Below, in pieces: positions 15,819 to 25,286 of a stretch of DNA of 38,952 nt. A program made the translations under genes and the position numbers. The stretch lies in the UHGV virus genome UHGV-0036741; one strand, 5' to 3'. This stretch comes from a virus. Every line of letters begins with the position of its first letter. The stretch's first letter is position 1. The notes below the pieces were generated by a model. It had not been told where the DNA came from. It worked only from the letters and a program-made list of their open reading frames with translations, and made no database searches.

Positions 15819-18203
15819 TTAAATACCGGAAGAACGACGCAGATAGTTACCCTCCCAGCCACACCCAATGATGTTCATCGGGGTAGTCTCATCGGACTCA
15901 ATGGTGACGATATTCGTCTGTGCATTACCGACAACCGGGAAACGATACTGACCTGTGCCAACGTTAAGGCGACCGACACGAAGCGCATCGGAGCCTAAGC
16001 GAGCACCTGCCATCGTATAGATGAACTCACGGGACAGGTTGTTGACCCGGATGGTAAACGCACCAGATTCCTCATAGTTCACCCAAGCGCGGCGAAGCTG
16101 CAAGCGACCAATGTCCTCGGTAGCCGTAGAGCCATCCTCAGCGGTCTTCTTAATGAGGAACTTCGAGAACGTGTAGGTGAACGGGATGTTGAACCCGATG
16201 TACACCGCTTGGCCCTCTTGGTTTCCGTCAAGGACAATGTTAGGTGCTCCATTCCATCCAGCAGCCGGAGGGTCGAACTCTACGATTTTACCGTCATGGA
16301 ACACCACAGAGACTTTACCTTTGGTGAAGTTCATCCCGTAAATCTCAGGGAGATTCAAGGTGGTCTCAAAGGTGTCATCGTTGTACTTGCCAGTCGGAAT
16401 CGTGTACTGAACCTTGGAGTCCAGATAGATTCGATAAGGCTCACCAACGATATCCACGGAGTTCTTCGTGAAGTGTAGTCTACTCATCCACACGTTGTGT
16501 TCGTTACCAAGTAGCAGCGTCATAGTAGAGTTGATTACCTGCGCAGCGAACACCCTTACGTTATCCCCGAAGTCCCAATGAGACCACGACTGTTGGCGAA
16601 TCTCTTCGTCAATATACAGGAACTTGTAGATGTACACACGGCTAGGCGCACCGCTCGTTAGGATTGCCGCAAAGTTCTCAGCGGTTGTCCCGGAGATACT
16701 GAACACACCATTCGGAATGTAGTTCGGAACGTGAGCCGTCATGTCCTCGGCGTTCTTCACAGAGCTTACATCCTGCACCGCATAGTAACGGTTGATGGAC
16801 GTAAAGGAAGCGCGAGGTGACGCAAAGTACACGTTACGGCCTACACCATACGGACGGGACTTATCCTGCACATCGAACTGTGTCGTCAGGTTCAACTCTA
16901 CGGAGCGGCTCGATAGGATACCGGAGGCAGTCAATACGAACTGCGCTTGGTCAGACCACAGGAGCAACTCTTCGGAGAACGGAACGGCATACTTCAAGAT
17001 GGACACACGGTTGTGACTCACCGCCACGTCGATTGGGTCATCGTCGGAGTAGTTGGACACGGACGCCGGGTAGAAGTTGAAATACTTTGAGGTTCGCGAC
17101 AAGATGATGTTCTCTCCGCTAAGGAAACCTAAACGGTTACGGAAGAAGAAGATATCGTTAATCGTCTGGCCCACGAACGAAGGGAACGGGTTGGTGTTGT
17201 CATCGCCCACACGTCGAGGGTCCCACTCAAGCATCTTGAAGTCAAAGTTACCATCAGCCGCACGAACTAGCGCCCACGGCATCGTGTGATAGTAGACGTT
17301 CAACAATTGGTTCCACCCCAAGGTCTCAGCCCACACCTTACGCGCAAGGTCGTACCTTACGTAATACTGGTCGGCAGTCTTTGAGGTATCACCGACAATC
17401 TTCACCATGTACCCATCAGGAGCGTTTAGAGGTAGCTTAGAGAACGATTGAGCGTAGTGCGTTACAGGGTTGATTAACTGGTCTGCATAACCGTCTCGCG
17501 TCTCCAGCTTCCAGATTCGGTTATTAGCTGGGGCCTCAATGTGAACGTAGCCGGGGCCTACGGTAGCCTTCCAGCCGTCCTTGCCCAAGTTACCGTTGAT
17601 TTGGTCGGCAATCTTCACAGCGATGTTCTGTGCGTCAACCTCCGGGGCCTGCGCAGCGTCATTACCATTAGGCAGGACAACGTGAGCCTGATGTGTATCG
17701 TTAATCCACACATCCAGAGTTCGACCATACTGACCACCACGGACGTTGATTAGAGCATCACCATCATCACGGTAGCCCGGAAGGTTCACAGCTTCTGGAC
17801 TCTTCTGTACGACCACCTTACGGTTAGTCACAAAGGTGTAGTCCGCTACAGTGACCATCCGAAGGTCTTCCCTTGGGTTGGCTGTCTGTACGTAATTCAT
17901 GTCACCACGCACAGCGTACTCTTTACCATCAAGGTCGAACACGCGGATGCCTGTGCCAGTGAACACAACGTAATACTGCTCGAACTCATCGCGGTTGATG
18001 AGGTGAACGTAAGGGTTCTCCCCAAGGGAGCCAGCGGCCCCAAGGGACCGAAGGTGCAGAGTAGGTGGTCTCTTCTGGAGGCCCTCAGACTCAGAGGACC
18101 ATCCGTTAATCTGAACGCTACCCTGTTCGGCGAACCGGAGGATATCCGGCTGTTGGCTAATGCCACCCTTGAGGTTCTTGATTGATTGACTGATAAGAGC
18201 CAT
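15819..18203 (-). CDS. 12: Tail tubular protein B (gene 12), 794 aa
   Basis: MALISQSIKNLKGGISQQPDILR... is near-identical to T7 gp12 and has the same length. Confidence 0.95.
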   Translation of the reverse strand: MALISQSIKNLKGGISQQPDILRFAEQGSVQINGWSSESEGLQKRPPTLHLRSLGAAGSLGENPYVHLINRDEFEQYYVVFTGTGIRVFDLDGKEYAVRGDMNYVQTANPREDLRMVTVADYTFVTNRKVVVQKSPEAVNLPGYRDDGDALINVRGGQYGRTLDVWINDTHQAHVVLPNGNDAAQAPEVDAQNIAVKIADQINGNLGKDGWKATVGPGYVHIEAPANNRIWKLETRDGYADQLINPVTHYAQSFSKLPLNAPDGYMVKIVGDTSKTADQYYVRYDLARKVWAETLGWNQLLNVYYHTMPWALVRAADGNFDFKMLEWDPRRVGDDNTNPFPSFVGQTINDIFFFRNRLGFLSGENIILSRTSKYFNFYPASVSNYSDDDPIDVAVSHNRVSILKYAVPFSEELLLWSDQAQFVLTASGILSSRSVELNLTTQFDVQDKSRPYGVGRNVYFASPRASFTSINRYYAVQDVSSVKNAEDMTAHVPNYIPNGVFSISGTTAENFAAILTSGAPSRVYIYKFLYIDEEIRQQSWSHWDFGDNVRVFAAQVINSTMTLLLGNEHNVWMSRLHFTKNSVDIVGEPYRIYLDSKVQYTIPTGKYNDDTFETTLNLPEIYGMNFTKGKVSVVFHDGKIVEFDPPAAGWNGAPNIVLDGNQEGQAVYIGFNIPFTYTFSKFLIKKTAEDGSTATEDIGRLQLRRAWVNYEESGAFTIRVNNLSREFIYTMAGARLGSDALRVGRLNVGTGQYRFPVVGNAQTNIVTIESDETTPMNIIGCGWEGNYLRRSSGI

Positions 18204-18227
18204 AGGGCCTCCTTATGGTTGTAGTCA

Positions 18228-18818
18228 TTAACGAGTAAGTAAACCAGACACGAAGGCGTCACCTTCAAGCATGTTGTAGTTACCGTAGTCAAGCTCATAC
18301 TCGAAGCAAGCTCGCCATGCCTCCTGCTCTTCCTCCTGCAACACTCCGTCTACTTCTGGAGCACCGAAGAATCGGTTGTTGAACTGGCGGGAAGCCTTGG
18401 TGACGATGTAGTTGCGGAAACACTCAGGCATCTCATCGTACTCTCGGAGACGAATAAGGTTCACCTGAACGCCAGCAGGAAAGCGGTCGGTCTTCGCAGA
18501 GCGGTCATAAAGATAACCACCACGGTTTACGTATTGGGTCTGACCACTGGTTGCCATTACGGACAGGTAGTCAGAGCTAAATGGAATCAGGTTGGAGAAC
18601 GCATCGGGCAGAAGGGTTACATCCTCTTCGATATTAAACGTCCAGCCACGCGATTGAATCTGTCGGTTAATTTTATTGAGTACACGTCGAGCGTTCGCTA
18701 CATCAGCGTTAGCATCGCCCTCAAGTGTGGACACAGGCGGCTCACCGATGGAAGCCAGAATGTCGTTGACCGCAGCCAACTCTTCGCCTGTCTCAATGTT
18801 CATCTCATAGGAACGCAT
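18228..18818 (-). CDS. 11: Tail tubular protein A (gene 11), 196 aa
   Basis: Same length as T7 gp11. Synteny. Confidence 0.9.
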   Translation of the reverse strand: MRSYEMNIETGEELAAVNDILASIGEPPVSTLEGDANADVANARRVLNKINRQIQSRGWTFNIEEDVTLLPDAFSNLIPFSSDYLSVMATSGQTQYVNRGGYLYDRSAKTDRFPAGVQVNLIRLREYDEMPECFRNYIVTKASRQFNNRFFGAPEVDGVLQEEEQEAWRACFEYELDYGNYNMLEGDAFVSGLLTR

Positions 18819-18824
18819 AGCGCA

Positions 18825-18847
18825 CCTCCCTTTAGTGAGTGTTAAAG
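18825..18847 (-). promoter_or_regulatory. T3-type promoter variant (phi11-like) between Tphi and gene 11
   Basis: CCTCCCTTTAGTGAGTGTTAAAG, consensus with three substitutions. Confidence 0.55.
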
Positions 18848-18851
18848 TTGT

Positions 18852-18899
18852 GAAGCAAAAAACCCCTCAAGCACCCGTTAAGGCACCCAAGGGGTTTGC
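18852..18899 (-). terminator. Tphi late terminator for phage RNAP
   Basis: Minus strand AACCCCTTGGGTGCCTTAACGGGTGCTTGAGGGGTTTTTTG mirrors T7 Tphi AACCCCTTGGGGCCTCTAAACGGGTCTTGAGGGGTTTTTTG. Confidence 0.85.
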
Positions 18900-18910
18900 A
18901 TAAAGTTAAG

Positions 18911-19456
18911 TTACTCAGTCGTGACAGTCAGCGTCATTTCAGCAGACTCAGTGGATACGTTTGTATCCTTCACGGTAGCTTTGAGTTTATAAACCCCAGC
19001 ATCAGACTCAGCGACCTCCGCGATAGACTTGATGTAGAAATCCCCACCGAAAGACTCACTGTCGATAACCTCACCGTCCTTGGTTAATTCCCAATTGCAG
19101 TCTGTACGGTCGATAGTGGCTTGGATGGAGAATGCTTCACCTACCTTAGCGGTAGCAGTCTCAGGGAAGTCCTTGACGAACTTAGGAGCCGTTGGGTTGA
19201 CAGTGACCTTGCAGGACGCCTTAACGCCATTTACAGCGGTAGCCGTAATGTCTGCGGTCCCATAGCCCTTGGCTACAACCATTCCGTCTTCCCATACAGC
19301 AACCTTTTCGTCAGAAGACGTCCAGATTAGAGTTTGGTCAGCATCGGAAGGTTGTACGGTTCCAGTGAGGGTACGAGATGCACCCTCAAGTAACGTCATA
19401 GTCTTTTGACTAAGCGTAACACCCGTGGGGTCTGGAATTACGCTCCCGCCTTTGGG
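18911..19456 (-). CDS. 10B: Capsid 10B-specific C-terminal extension (about 179 aa, Ig-like/Big_2-like domains), reached from 10A by a -1 frameshift
   Basis: Frame -1 relative to 10A is open from the slippery site through ...GGSVIPDPTGVTLSQKTMTLLEGASRTLTGTVQPSDADQTLIWTSSDEKVAVWEDGMVVAKGYGTADITATAVNGVKASCKVTV... to a stop at 18911. Confidence 0.7.
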   Translation of the reverse strand, partial: PKGGSVIPDPTGVTLSQKTMTLLEGASRTLTGTVQPSDADQTLIWTSSDEKVAVWEDGMVVAKGYGTADITATAVNGVKASCKVTVNPTAPKFVKDFPETATAKVGEAFSIQATIDRTDCNWELTKDGEVIDSESFGGDFYIKSIAEVAESDAGVYKLKATVKDTNVSTESAEMTLTVTTE

Positions 19457-20481
19457 AGCACGATAGCACCAGATGCTTCCGGTCGCAGGCCACCATGACC
19501 CATCGCGTACTTAGCGATAATCTGGTCAGCCTGGAAGTTAGCACGACGAGCGCGCTCCAGAGCCAAGTCTTTCAGCTTCACCGTACCAACGGCAGAGCGA
19601 TGCTGGAACAGGCCCACAACGTTGTCCAGAGCAACCTTAACGTCACCACCAGAGGTAGCCGGGAAGGCGTGTTTCTGTGCAGCCGGAGTGTCCTCGCGGT
19701 CATCACCAGCACCACCAGCGGTCAGGTGCGGAACCTCAACCACTTCGAAGCCCATCACGTTACGGATAGTACCACGCTCAGGGTCAATAAGAGCCTGATA
19801 GTTTGCAGCGTTAGGCATCAGAGCAGCCAGAATCGCGGAGTAGTTATCCGGGGTGGTGTAGAAAGTACGGTCAGCAGCCGGAACGTAGTTCTTGGTCAGA
19901 GACGCACGAGCGATAGTTAACTGTGCAATAATAGCTTTACCAAGCTCTACCGGGTCAGTCAGGTCGCCAGTGGTCGGCTTAACCAGAGTCAGTACGGTCG
20001 GCTTACCGAGACCCGCAATGTTCTCGTTGGAGGCTTCCGGCAGGTTAACCAGACCAGCCAGTTCTGCCAGTACAGCACCATCAGCAGCCATCGCCAGAGA
20101 TTCACCAAGCTGGGAGGTGTACTCAGCGCGAACATCGTAGTGGTTCATTGCGTCTTCGATATCGTAAATCAGCACGTCCGCAGTCAGCAGGCCATCAATG
20201 TGGATTACTTTCTCGGTGTGTTTGATATCTTTACGCTTATCATCGAGGTTCTCACCCGGTTTCAGGTAAGCTGCTTTGGTACGACCAATCACAGGGAACT
20301 GTGCGGATTTACCAGAAGCAATGGAGCGCATCATGTGACGCGGCATAGTTACGGAAGTACGAGCGAACGCGGTCAGGACTTCACCGCCGAACACTTTCAG
20401 GAACAACGCCAGTTTGTCCGCTGGGGACTGACCTTTACCCTGATTAGTACCGATCTGCTGTCCACCTTGCATGTTAGCCAT
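19438..20481 (-). CDS. 10A: Major capsid protein 10A, 347 aa
   Basis: T7/T3 gp10A-like. Strong RBS AAGGAGA. Preceded by phi10. Confidence 0.95.
   Translation of the reverse strand: MANMQGGQQIGTNQGKGQSPADKLALFLKVFGGEVLTAFARTSVTMPRHMMRSIASGKSAQFPVIGRTKAAYLKPGENLDDKRKDIKHTEKVIHIDGLLTADVLIYDIEDAMNHYDVRAEYTSQLGESLAMAADGAVLAELAGLVNLPEASNENIAGLGKPTVLTLVKPTTGDLTDPVELGKAIIAQLTIARASLTKNYVPAADRTFYTTPDNYSAILAALMPNAANYQALIDPERGTIRNVMGFEVVEVPHLTAGGAGDDREDTPAAQKHAFPATSGGDVKVALDNVVGLFQHRSAVGTVKLKDLALERARRANFQADQIIAKYAMGHGGLRPEASGAIVLPKAGA
19450..19456 (-). other. Programmed -1 ribosomal frameshift heptamer C CCA AAG (X XXY YYZ) at 10A codons Pro-Lys, 4 codons before the 10A stop
   Basis: Minus strand ...CTC CCA AAG GCG GGA GCG TAA. 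The -1 frame continues CCC AAA GGC GGG AGC GTA ATT ... without a stop. Confidence 0.65.
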
Positions 20482-20646
20482 GTTGAATCTCCTTCTGTTA
20501 GTTTAAGATATAAATTTGGTTACTACTTGAATCGAGTTGGTTCTCAATGTTTCACCTACGGGAGCACTCTTACGCCAAGCCTCGGTAGCCAGATGCCCCA
20601 TCCGTCCGAAGACCACAGGCAACCACCAAACGTAAGATTCCATCTC

Positions 20647-20669
20647 TCTCCCTTTAGTGAGGGTTAATT
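20647..20669 (-). promoter_or_regulatory. T3-type promoter phi10
   Basis: TCTCCCTTTAGTGAGGGTTAATT, exact. Confidence 0.85.
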
Positions 20670-20671
20670 CG

Positions 20672-21607
20672 TTAGAAGCTCGAATCGATTACTTTCTGCT
20701 CTACCGCTTGGCGATATGCAGAGTCGCTACGGTAACGCGGGTCACTCATAGCTTTAATCATTTCGGCCTGAGTAGCGAAGCCCTCTTTATGTTTGACCAC
20801 AGGTTTAACTGGAGTCGCACGTTTGGTAACACTTCGGGCGGCAGGCTTACCGAATTTCTTCGTGTAGCTCTCACCAGCCAGATTGATGATTGCCTTAACG
20901 GTCGCCAAATCACGGTTAGCCATCGCGGTCTCTAAGGACTCAGCAGCAGCCGGATTGGTTGTCTCAAGGTGCGTATGGATTGCACTGAAACGCTCCTGAC
21001 CACCAGCGAACGCAACCACTTGGTTAACGTACTGGTCTACCAGAGCTTCCTGACCGGAGATGTAAGCGTCAACGAAAGAGCGGCTATAGCCAGCAGCTTC
21101 GAGTTCCGCATAGGACTTATCGGAGATACCTTTGTCGCCTTCGTACTCTTCATAGATGCGCTCAACGGATTCTGCCGGGAGACCACGCTCAACGGCCTGC
21201 TCAACCATAGACTGGAAGCCATCTTCGTGTTGGCCTAACTGTTCGGTGATTTGGGTCAGTTCTTCCGGGGTCTCGCCCAGCGGAGTAAACTCTTCCGGTT
21301 CACCTTCGGTCACTTCCTCAGCATTATCACTTCCGGTATCGAACTCAAGTTCATTACCATCTTCGCTGATACGGACCTGCATACGGCCTTCGTCGTCTTC
21401 ACCTTCTGCGAACGGGTCAACACCAGCCGCATAAGGGTCATCGTTCTGGACCGCAGGTTCTTCGCTAAGTACGATTGCATCATCGCCATCACGGGCAGCA
21501 ACATCGAGACTCAGCATATTCTGCTCGTGCTCAGTAGGTGTGCTTCCGGTCAATACCGCGCTGTTCACACCGAAGGACGCATAAACGTCTGCATTAGATT
21601 CAGCCAT
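20672..21607 (-). CDS. 9: Capsid assembly scaffolding protein (gene 9), 311 aa
   Basis: Highly acidic. Position and size match T7 gp9. Confidence 0.9.
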   Translation of the reverse strand: MAESNADVYASFGVNSAVLTGSTPTEHEQNMLSLDVAARDGDDAIVLSEEPAVQNDDPYAAGVDPFAEGEDDEGRMQVRISEDGNELEFDTGSDNAEEVTEGEPEEFTPLGETPEELTQITEQLGQHEDGFQSMVEQAVERGLPAESVERIYEEYEGDKGISDKSYAELEAAGYSRSFVDAYISGQEALVDQYVNQVVAFAGGQERFSAIHTHLETTNPAAAESLETAMANRDLATVKAIINLAGESYTKKFGKPAARSVTKRATPVKPVVKHKEGFATQAEMIKAMSDPRYRSDSAYRQAVEQKVIDSSF

Positions 21608-21688
21608 GTTTAAATCTCCTAAATTGTTAAAGATAAAGGGAAACCAAAGGACTCCAACCTTTAGTCATCGCTCATTTCAAAGATGAGG

Positions 21689-21711
21689 TCTCCCTTTAGT
21701 GAGGGTTTATT
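21689..21711 (-). promoter_or_regulatory. T3-type promoter phi9
   Basis: TCTCCCTTTAGTGAGGGTTTATT. Confidence 0.8.
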
Positions 21712-23317
21712 ATGGAGCGTCTAAGCCAGCCTGTGCAGCAGCACCTTGAAGCGCTTCTGGACTTGAGGTAGCCATAGCGCCAACACCAGCACCACCCGCA
21801 GCAGCCGCATTCTCGATACCGACCTGTGCTGCATCCTGCATCGTAAGGGCCTGCTTCTGCTCATCCGTAAGGAGAATACCGGAGGTATCAATCCCGATGG
21901 CGTTCGCAATGCGCAACTTAATGACCGCGAGGTTAATGTCCGGGTCTCCCTGTAAAGGAGCCAGAGCGCCCCACGCAGCGATACAACGTTCCAGCTTATC
22001 GAGGTCTTGACCACGACCGATTGCTTCCAAGCCTGTACTGATAGTCGGCTCAACGGCTTCTTTCGGTAGCTCAGGAATCTGTGAGGTTGCTTGGAGTTGC
22101 TTTAAGAGCACACGAACCAGAGGCAATTGCAGTTCTTGAGACAGAATCGAATAGACGCCACCAAGGGTATCTTCCAGTTCGGACGCAACGTATCGAATCT
22201 CTTCGGCGGTAACACGCTCACCTGTACGTTGTACGGCAGAGTTCAGCATAAAGGCATACGACAAGCGCGCCTCAATCTGGTCACTCACAGCTTTCGCTAC
22301 GGTAAAGTCAGCGGACTTCTCCAGTTGCAGGAAGTCAATGTCTTCGCGACGACCGGGAACAAAGTCACCAGTCTGCGCCTTGGTTAGTCTACGGGGCTGC
22401 GTAATGCCAGCCGGGTTCACCAAGCCAATGACCTTAGCACTAATCATGCTCATCTTAACGATGGCCTCTTGGAGATTCTCAAGTGACCGTAAGTCACCCA
22501 AGTATTCTTCACAGTAAGAGCGACCGTAAGATTCACCGTCAATGCGCACCATGCGAACAGGGACCCAAGGAAGAGCATCAGGCGGATATTGGGCATCAGA
22601 GCCATCAATCTCCACGTCCTCTACTTCTTCGTACTTGAGGTAATCGCCGGACTCTTCATCGAGATACACATGAGTGTACACATCCACGAGTTCGTCCATC
22701 TTCTTCTCACCGCCAGCCTTCTCCACTGCGGACCGAACGTCCTCCGGTAGAGCACCGAAAGCAATCTGGTCACGAGTAACCATTTGAAGCACATTGCCGT
22801 ATGCGTCTCGTTGGACAACATAAGAAGACAATCGGTACAGCTTCATCGGGTTATAGGAGCCTTCTGGTTCCGGTAAGTAGAGCAGGGCGTTACCCGCTAC
22901 GACCAACTGCTTGAGGCACTCAAAGAGAGTCACTCGGTAGCTGTTGGATTCGATGTAGTTCATGATGATACGCTCAACCATTGACAGACCTTCGTCCACC
23001 TTAGCGAGTCCATCAGGGTCTCCCACAAGCTGTTTCGCCTCGTACTCACTAATGGTCAGCTTCATCCACGACTGCATCGGGAATAACGCCAGCATTAACT
23101 TAGAGGCCAGATTGTTGAGACCACGAGCACCTACAGCCTGCCACGGAGTCGTGTAGTCGGTAGATTCGTTATCGGACTCCTTCGGGAACAAGGACGGAAT
23201 GGTGTATTGCGCACAGTTTTCCGCACGAGTCTCATAGGCTCGACGGTCGTTCGTTAGGCGCTCATAGGTAGTCTTAGCTCCCTCTTCGCCTAAACCTGTA
23301 CGTTTAGAATCAGCCAT
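21710..23317 (-). CDS. 8: Head-to-tail connector / portal protein (gene 8), 535 aa
   Basis: T7 gp8-like in size, position and sequence. Confidence 0.95.
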   Translation of the reverse strand: MADSKRTGLGEEGAKTTYERLTNDRRAYETRAENCAQYTIPSLFPKESDNESTDYTTPWQAVGARGLNNLASKLMLALFPMQSWMKLTISEYEAKQLVGDPDGLAKVDEGLSMVERIIMNYIESNSYRVTLFECLKQLVVAGNALLYLPEPEGSYNPMKLYRLSSYVVQRDAYGNVLQMVTRDQIAFGALPEDVRSAVEKAGGEKKMDELVDVYTHVYLDEESGDYLKYEEVEDVEIDGSDAQYPPDALPWVPVRMVRIDGESYGRSYCEEYLGDLRSLENLQEAIVKMSMISAKVIGLVNPAGITQPRRLTKAQTGDFVPGRREDIDFLQLEKSADFTVAKAVSDQIEARLSYAFMLNSAVQRTGERVTAEEIRYVASELEDTLGGVYSILSQELQLPLVRVLLKQLQATSQIPELPKEAVEPTISTGLEAIGRGQDLDKLERCIAAWGALAPLQGDPDINLAVIKLRIANAIGIDTSGILLTDEQKQALTMQDAAQVGIENAAAAGGAGVGAMATSSPEALQGAAAQAGLDAP

Positions 23318-23327
23318 TCAGTCCTCC

Positions 23328-23648
23328 TTAGATGTTGATACCGCCACCGGAGCTACGGGCAACACTCAAGGAACGCTTACCGCCAGCACGAGCTTTCTTA
23401 CGGGCCGCTTCGGTTTGCGCCTCGTCTTCACCCTCAGCACTCTCCTTCTCAGGGACCTCAGCTTGTAACGCTGGAGTCGGGGCTTGAGTAGCCGGAGGTG
23501 GCACAGGGGCCTGTTGCGCTGGTTGCTGGCCTGCACCTAAAGCACCCGCAACGGCACCCGCTACTTCCTTACCAGCTTTCTCGAACGGCTTACCAACGTC
23601 CTTAATGCCCTTCTTAACTACCTTTTTGATTTTCTTAAAGAATCCCAT
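23328..23648 (-). CDS. 7.3: Gene 7.3 tail/host-range protein, 106 aa
   Basis: MGFFKKIKKVVKKGIKD...RKKARAGGKRSLSVARSSGGGINI matches the T7 gp7.3 C-terminus exactly. Confidence 0.8.
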   Translation of the reverse strand: MGFFKKIKKVVKKGIKDVGKPFEKAGKEVAGAVAGALGAGQQPAQQAPVPPPATQAPTPALQAEVPEKESAEGEDEAQTEAARKKARAGGKRSLSVARSSGGGINI

Positions 23649-23674
23649 GATGAGTCTCCTTATGTGAGTTAGAC

Positions 23675-23923
23675 CTACTTGCCAAACGCTTTGGAGCGAA
23701 TGGAAGATTTACTTTTAGATTTTGCTGCGTTCTCATCCAGCGAGACCTTGAGGCTCGAACGGCCGGACTTAGAGGGAACCTCAGAGGAAGTTACACTCGT
23801 GTCCTCATCATCCTCACCTCCCCAAGCGATAGACTTAGGGGCTTCTGTGAGTGGCGCTGGTTCAGCAGCACGAATCTGGTTGGTGTCCATCTTAGGGACC
23901 TTTACCTTCGGTTGCCAGCACAT
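23675..23923 (-). CDS. 6.7: Gene 6.7 virion protein, 82 aa
   Basis: MCWQPKVKVPKMDTNQIRAAEPAPLTE... matches T7 gp6.7 MCFSPKIKTPKMDTNQIRAVEPAPL.... Confidence 0.8.
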   Translation of the reverse strand: MCWQPKVKVPKMDTNQIRAAEPAPLTEAPKSIAWGGEDDEDTSVTSSEVPSKSGRSSLKVSLDENAAKSKSKSSIRSKAFGK

Positions 23924-23928
23924 GATAA

Positions 23929-24174
23929 CTACTCCTGTCGAAGTTGTTCTTTACGCACTTCAATCTCGTCAAGTGTCCGAGAGGCAAGGTGTAGACCATG
24001 CATCACACCTGCAATGAACGCCTCGGAGTAACCAGCAGCACGTAGCTGTCGATACTCACCAGACTCCATCACATATGCGTGATTGAAGCGCACCTGTAGA
24101 TACTCTTTGGTGGCACGAGGCACACTAGGAATATCGTCGGGATAGGATAAAACATGATTGATTGGTTTTAACAT
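23929..24174 (-). CDS. 6.5: Gene 6.5 protein, 81 aa
   Basis: Follows phi6.5. GAGGTG RBS. Size matches T7 gp6.5. Confidence 0.65.
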   Translation of the reverse strand: MLKPINHVLSYPDDIPSVPRATKEYLQVRFNHAYVMESGEYRQLRAAGYSEAFIAGVMHGLHLASRTLDEIEVRKEQLRQE

Positions 24175-24218
24175 AAATTCACCTCTTAAAGTTAAACCTT
24201 AAGGTTAAGTCTTAAAGT

Positions 24219-24283
24219 AATAATCATAAAGGCTCCCTTCTCCCTTTAGTGAGGGTTAATTAAGAGAGCCTTGAGTTTATCAC
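24219..24283 (-). promoter_or_regulatory. RNase III site R6.5 with phi6.5 promoter inside the loop
   Basis: AATAATCATAAAGGCTCCC ... GAGAGCCTTGAGTTTATCAC arms flank the promoter. Confidence 0.55.
24239..24261 (-). promoter_or_regulatory. T3-type promoter phi6.5
   Basis: TTCTCCCTTTAGTGAGGGTTAATT, exact. Confidence 0.85.
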
Positions 24284-24393
24284 TCTTTCTCAGAGTCTCG
24301 CTTGACGTCTCGGAGAATCATAGCGAACATCCAGAGACCACGCGCCAGCATCCCAAACAGGATGGCGATGGTTATAAACTTTGCGGCGTCCAT
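24280..24393 (-). CDS. 6.3: Gene 6.3 protein, 37 aa
   Basis: [37 protein letters not shown]. Size and position match T7 gp6.3. Overlaps the gene 6 3' end. Confidence 0.55.
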   Translation of the reverse strand: MDAAKFITIAILFGMLARGLWMFAMILRDVKRDSEKE

Positions 24394-25286
24394 AAGTAAA
24401 TCTCCTTGTCAATGTAATTGTATTCCTCGAAGCGAAGAATGCGAGCCATCTGGCCTTGCTTAATGATTTCCTGTTCGGTCATCCCAGCTTTGGCACCAAT
24501 GGATACAATGCAGTCCCACAGCGTCTCAGTCGGCTCAGGAGCGCGTTTCACCCACTTGGTGACTGTCTGCCCCTTGTTCTTACCGGACTTCAACACGGAC
24601 TCTACAGGTTCCACAATGAACGGGTCATTCAGGAAACCCTCAGCGGTATCGCCCCAGCCCGGAATCCCGGAGTAACCATCGGTCATATCGCCTTTGATGG
24701 TCTGAAAGAGATGCCACCAATCGGCGGTCTCTTGGGTCTGCGTTAGGATGTTACCAGTGGTACACCACAGGAAGTCCACGTCCGGGATAGTCTTAAAGTC
24801 CTTATCACAGGAGACCAGCACCGCCTTACGGTAGCCGAACTCTTCATGACCAGACCCTAAGATGCCCATGACGTCATCACCCTCCAGCTTGTCCTCTTTG
24901 ATGTGCAGGAACTCTTCGCGCTCCCACAGCTTCGCTAAGAAGTCACGATAGCCCACAGGCTTACGGGTCGCCTTTCGGTTCTCCTTGTAGGTCTCATCAA
25001 CGAGCACCTTACGCCAGTTCACATCGTCGGTGTACGCTAAGACAACCGTGGCATCACGCCAAGCCTTCTTGCGGGTACGATAGGATTCAATGGCTGAATC
25101 AAGAATGCTGCGAGCTTTCGCGTGGTCGCACTCAAGGGTCCAGATATCGTCACCCCAATCGGTTTCCACTTCGGCAGCAGCCATCGCTTGATATACCAGC
25201 CAGTCACCGTCCATGACCAAGATGCCCTTCTCAGTAGGGGCACCGTGGCGGTATCTTGCGAAGTCTCTAATAGTCATCAGGCTCAT
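24372..25286 (-). CDS. 6: 5'-3' exonuclease (gene 6), 304 aa
   Basis: T7 gp6-like in size and position. Confidence 0.9.
   Translation of the reverse strand: MSLMTIRDFARYRHGAPTEKGILVMDGDWLVYQAMAAAEVETDWGDDIWTLECDHAKARSILDSAIESYRTRKKAWRDATVVLAYTDDVNWRKVLVDETYKENRKATRKPVGYRDFLAKLWEREEFLHIKEDKLEGDDVMGILGSGHEEFGYRKAVLVSCDKDFKTIPDVDFLWCTTGNILTQTQETADWWHLFQTIKGDMTDGYSGIPGWGDTAEGFLNDPFIVEPVESVLKSGKNKGQTVTKWVKRAPEPTETLWDCIVSIGAKAGMTEQEIIKQGQMARILRFEEYNYIDKEIYLWTPQSL

Noticed and set aside
20500-20540. GTC-TTCG-GAC tetraloop hairpin in the phi10 leader
   Set aside because: Only a 3-bp stem, which is not significant on its own.
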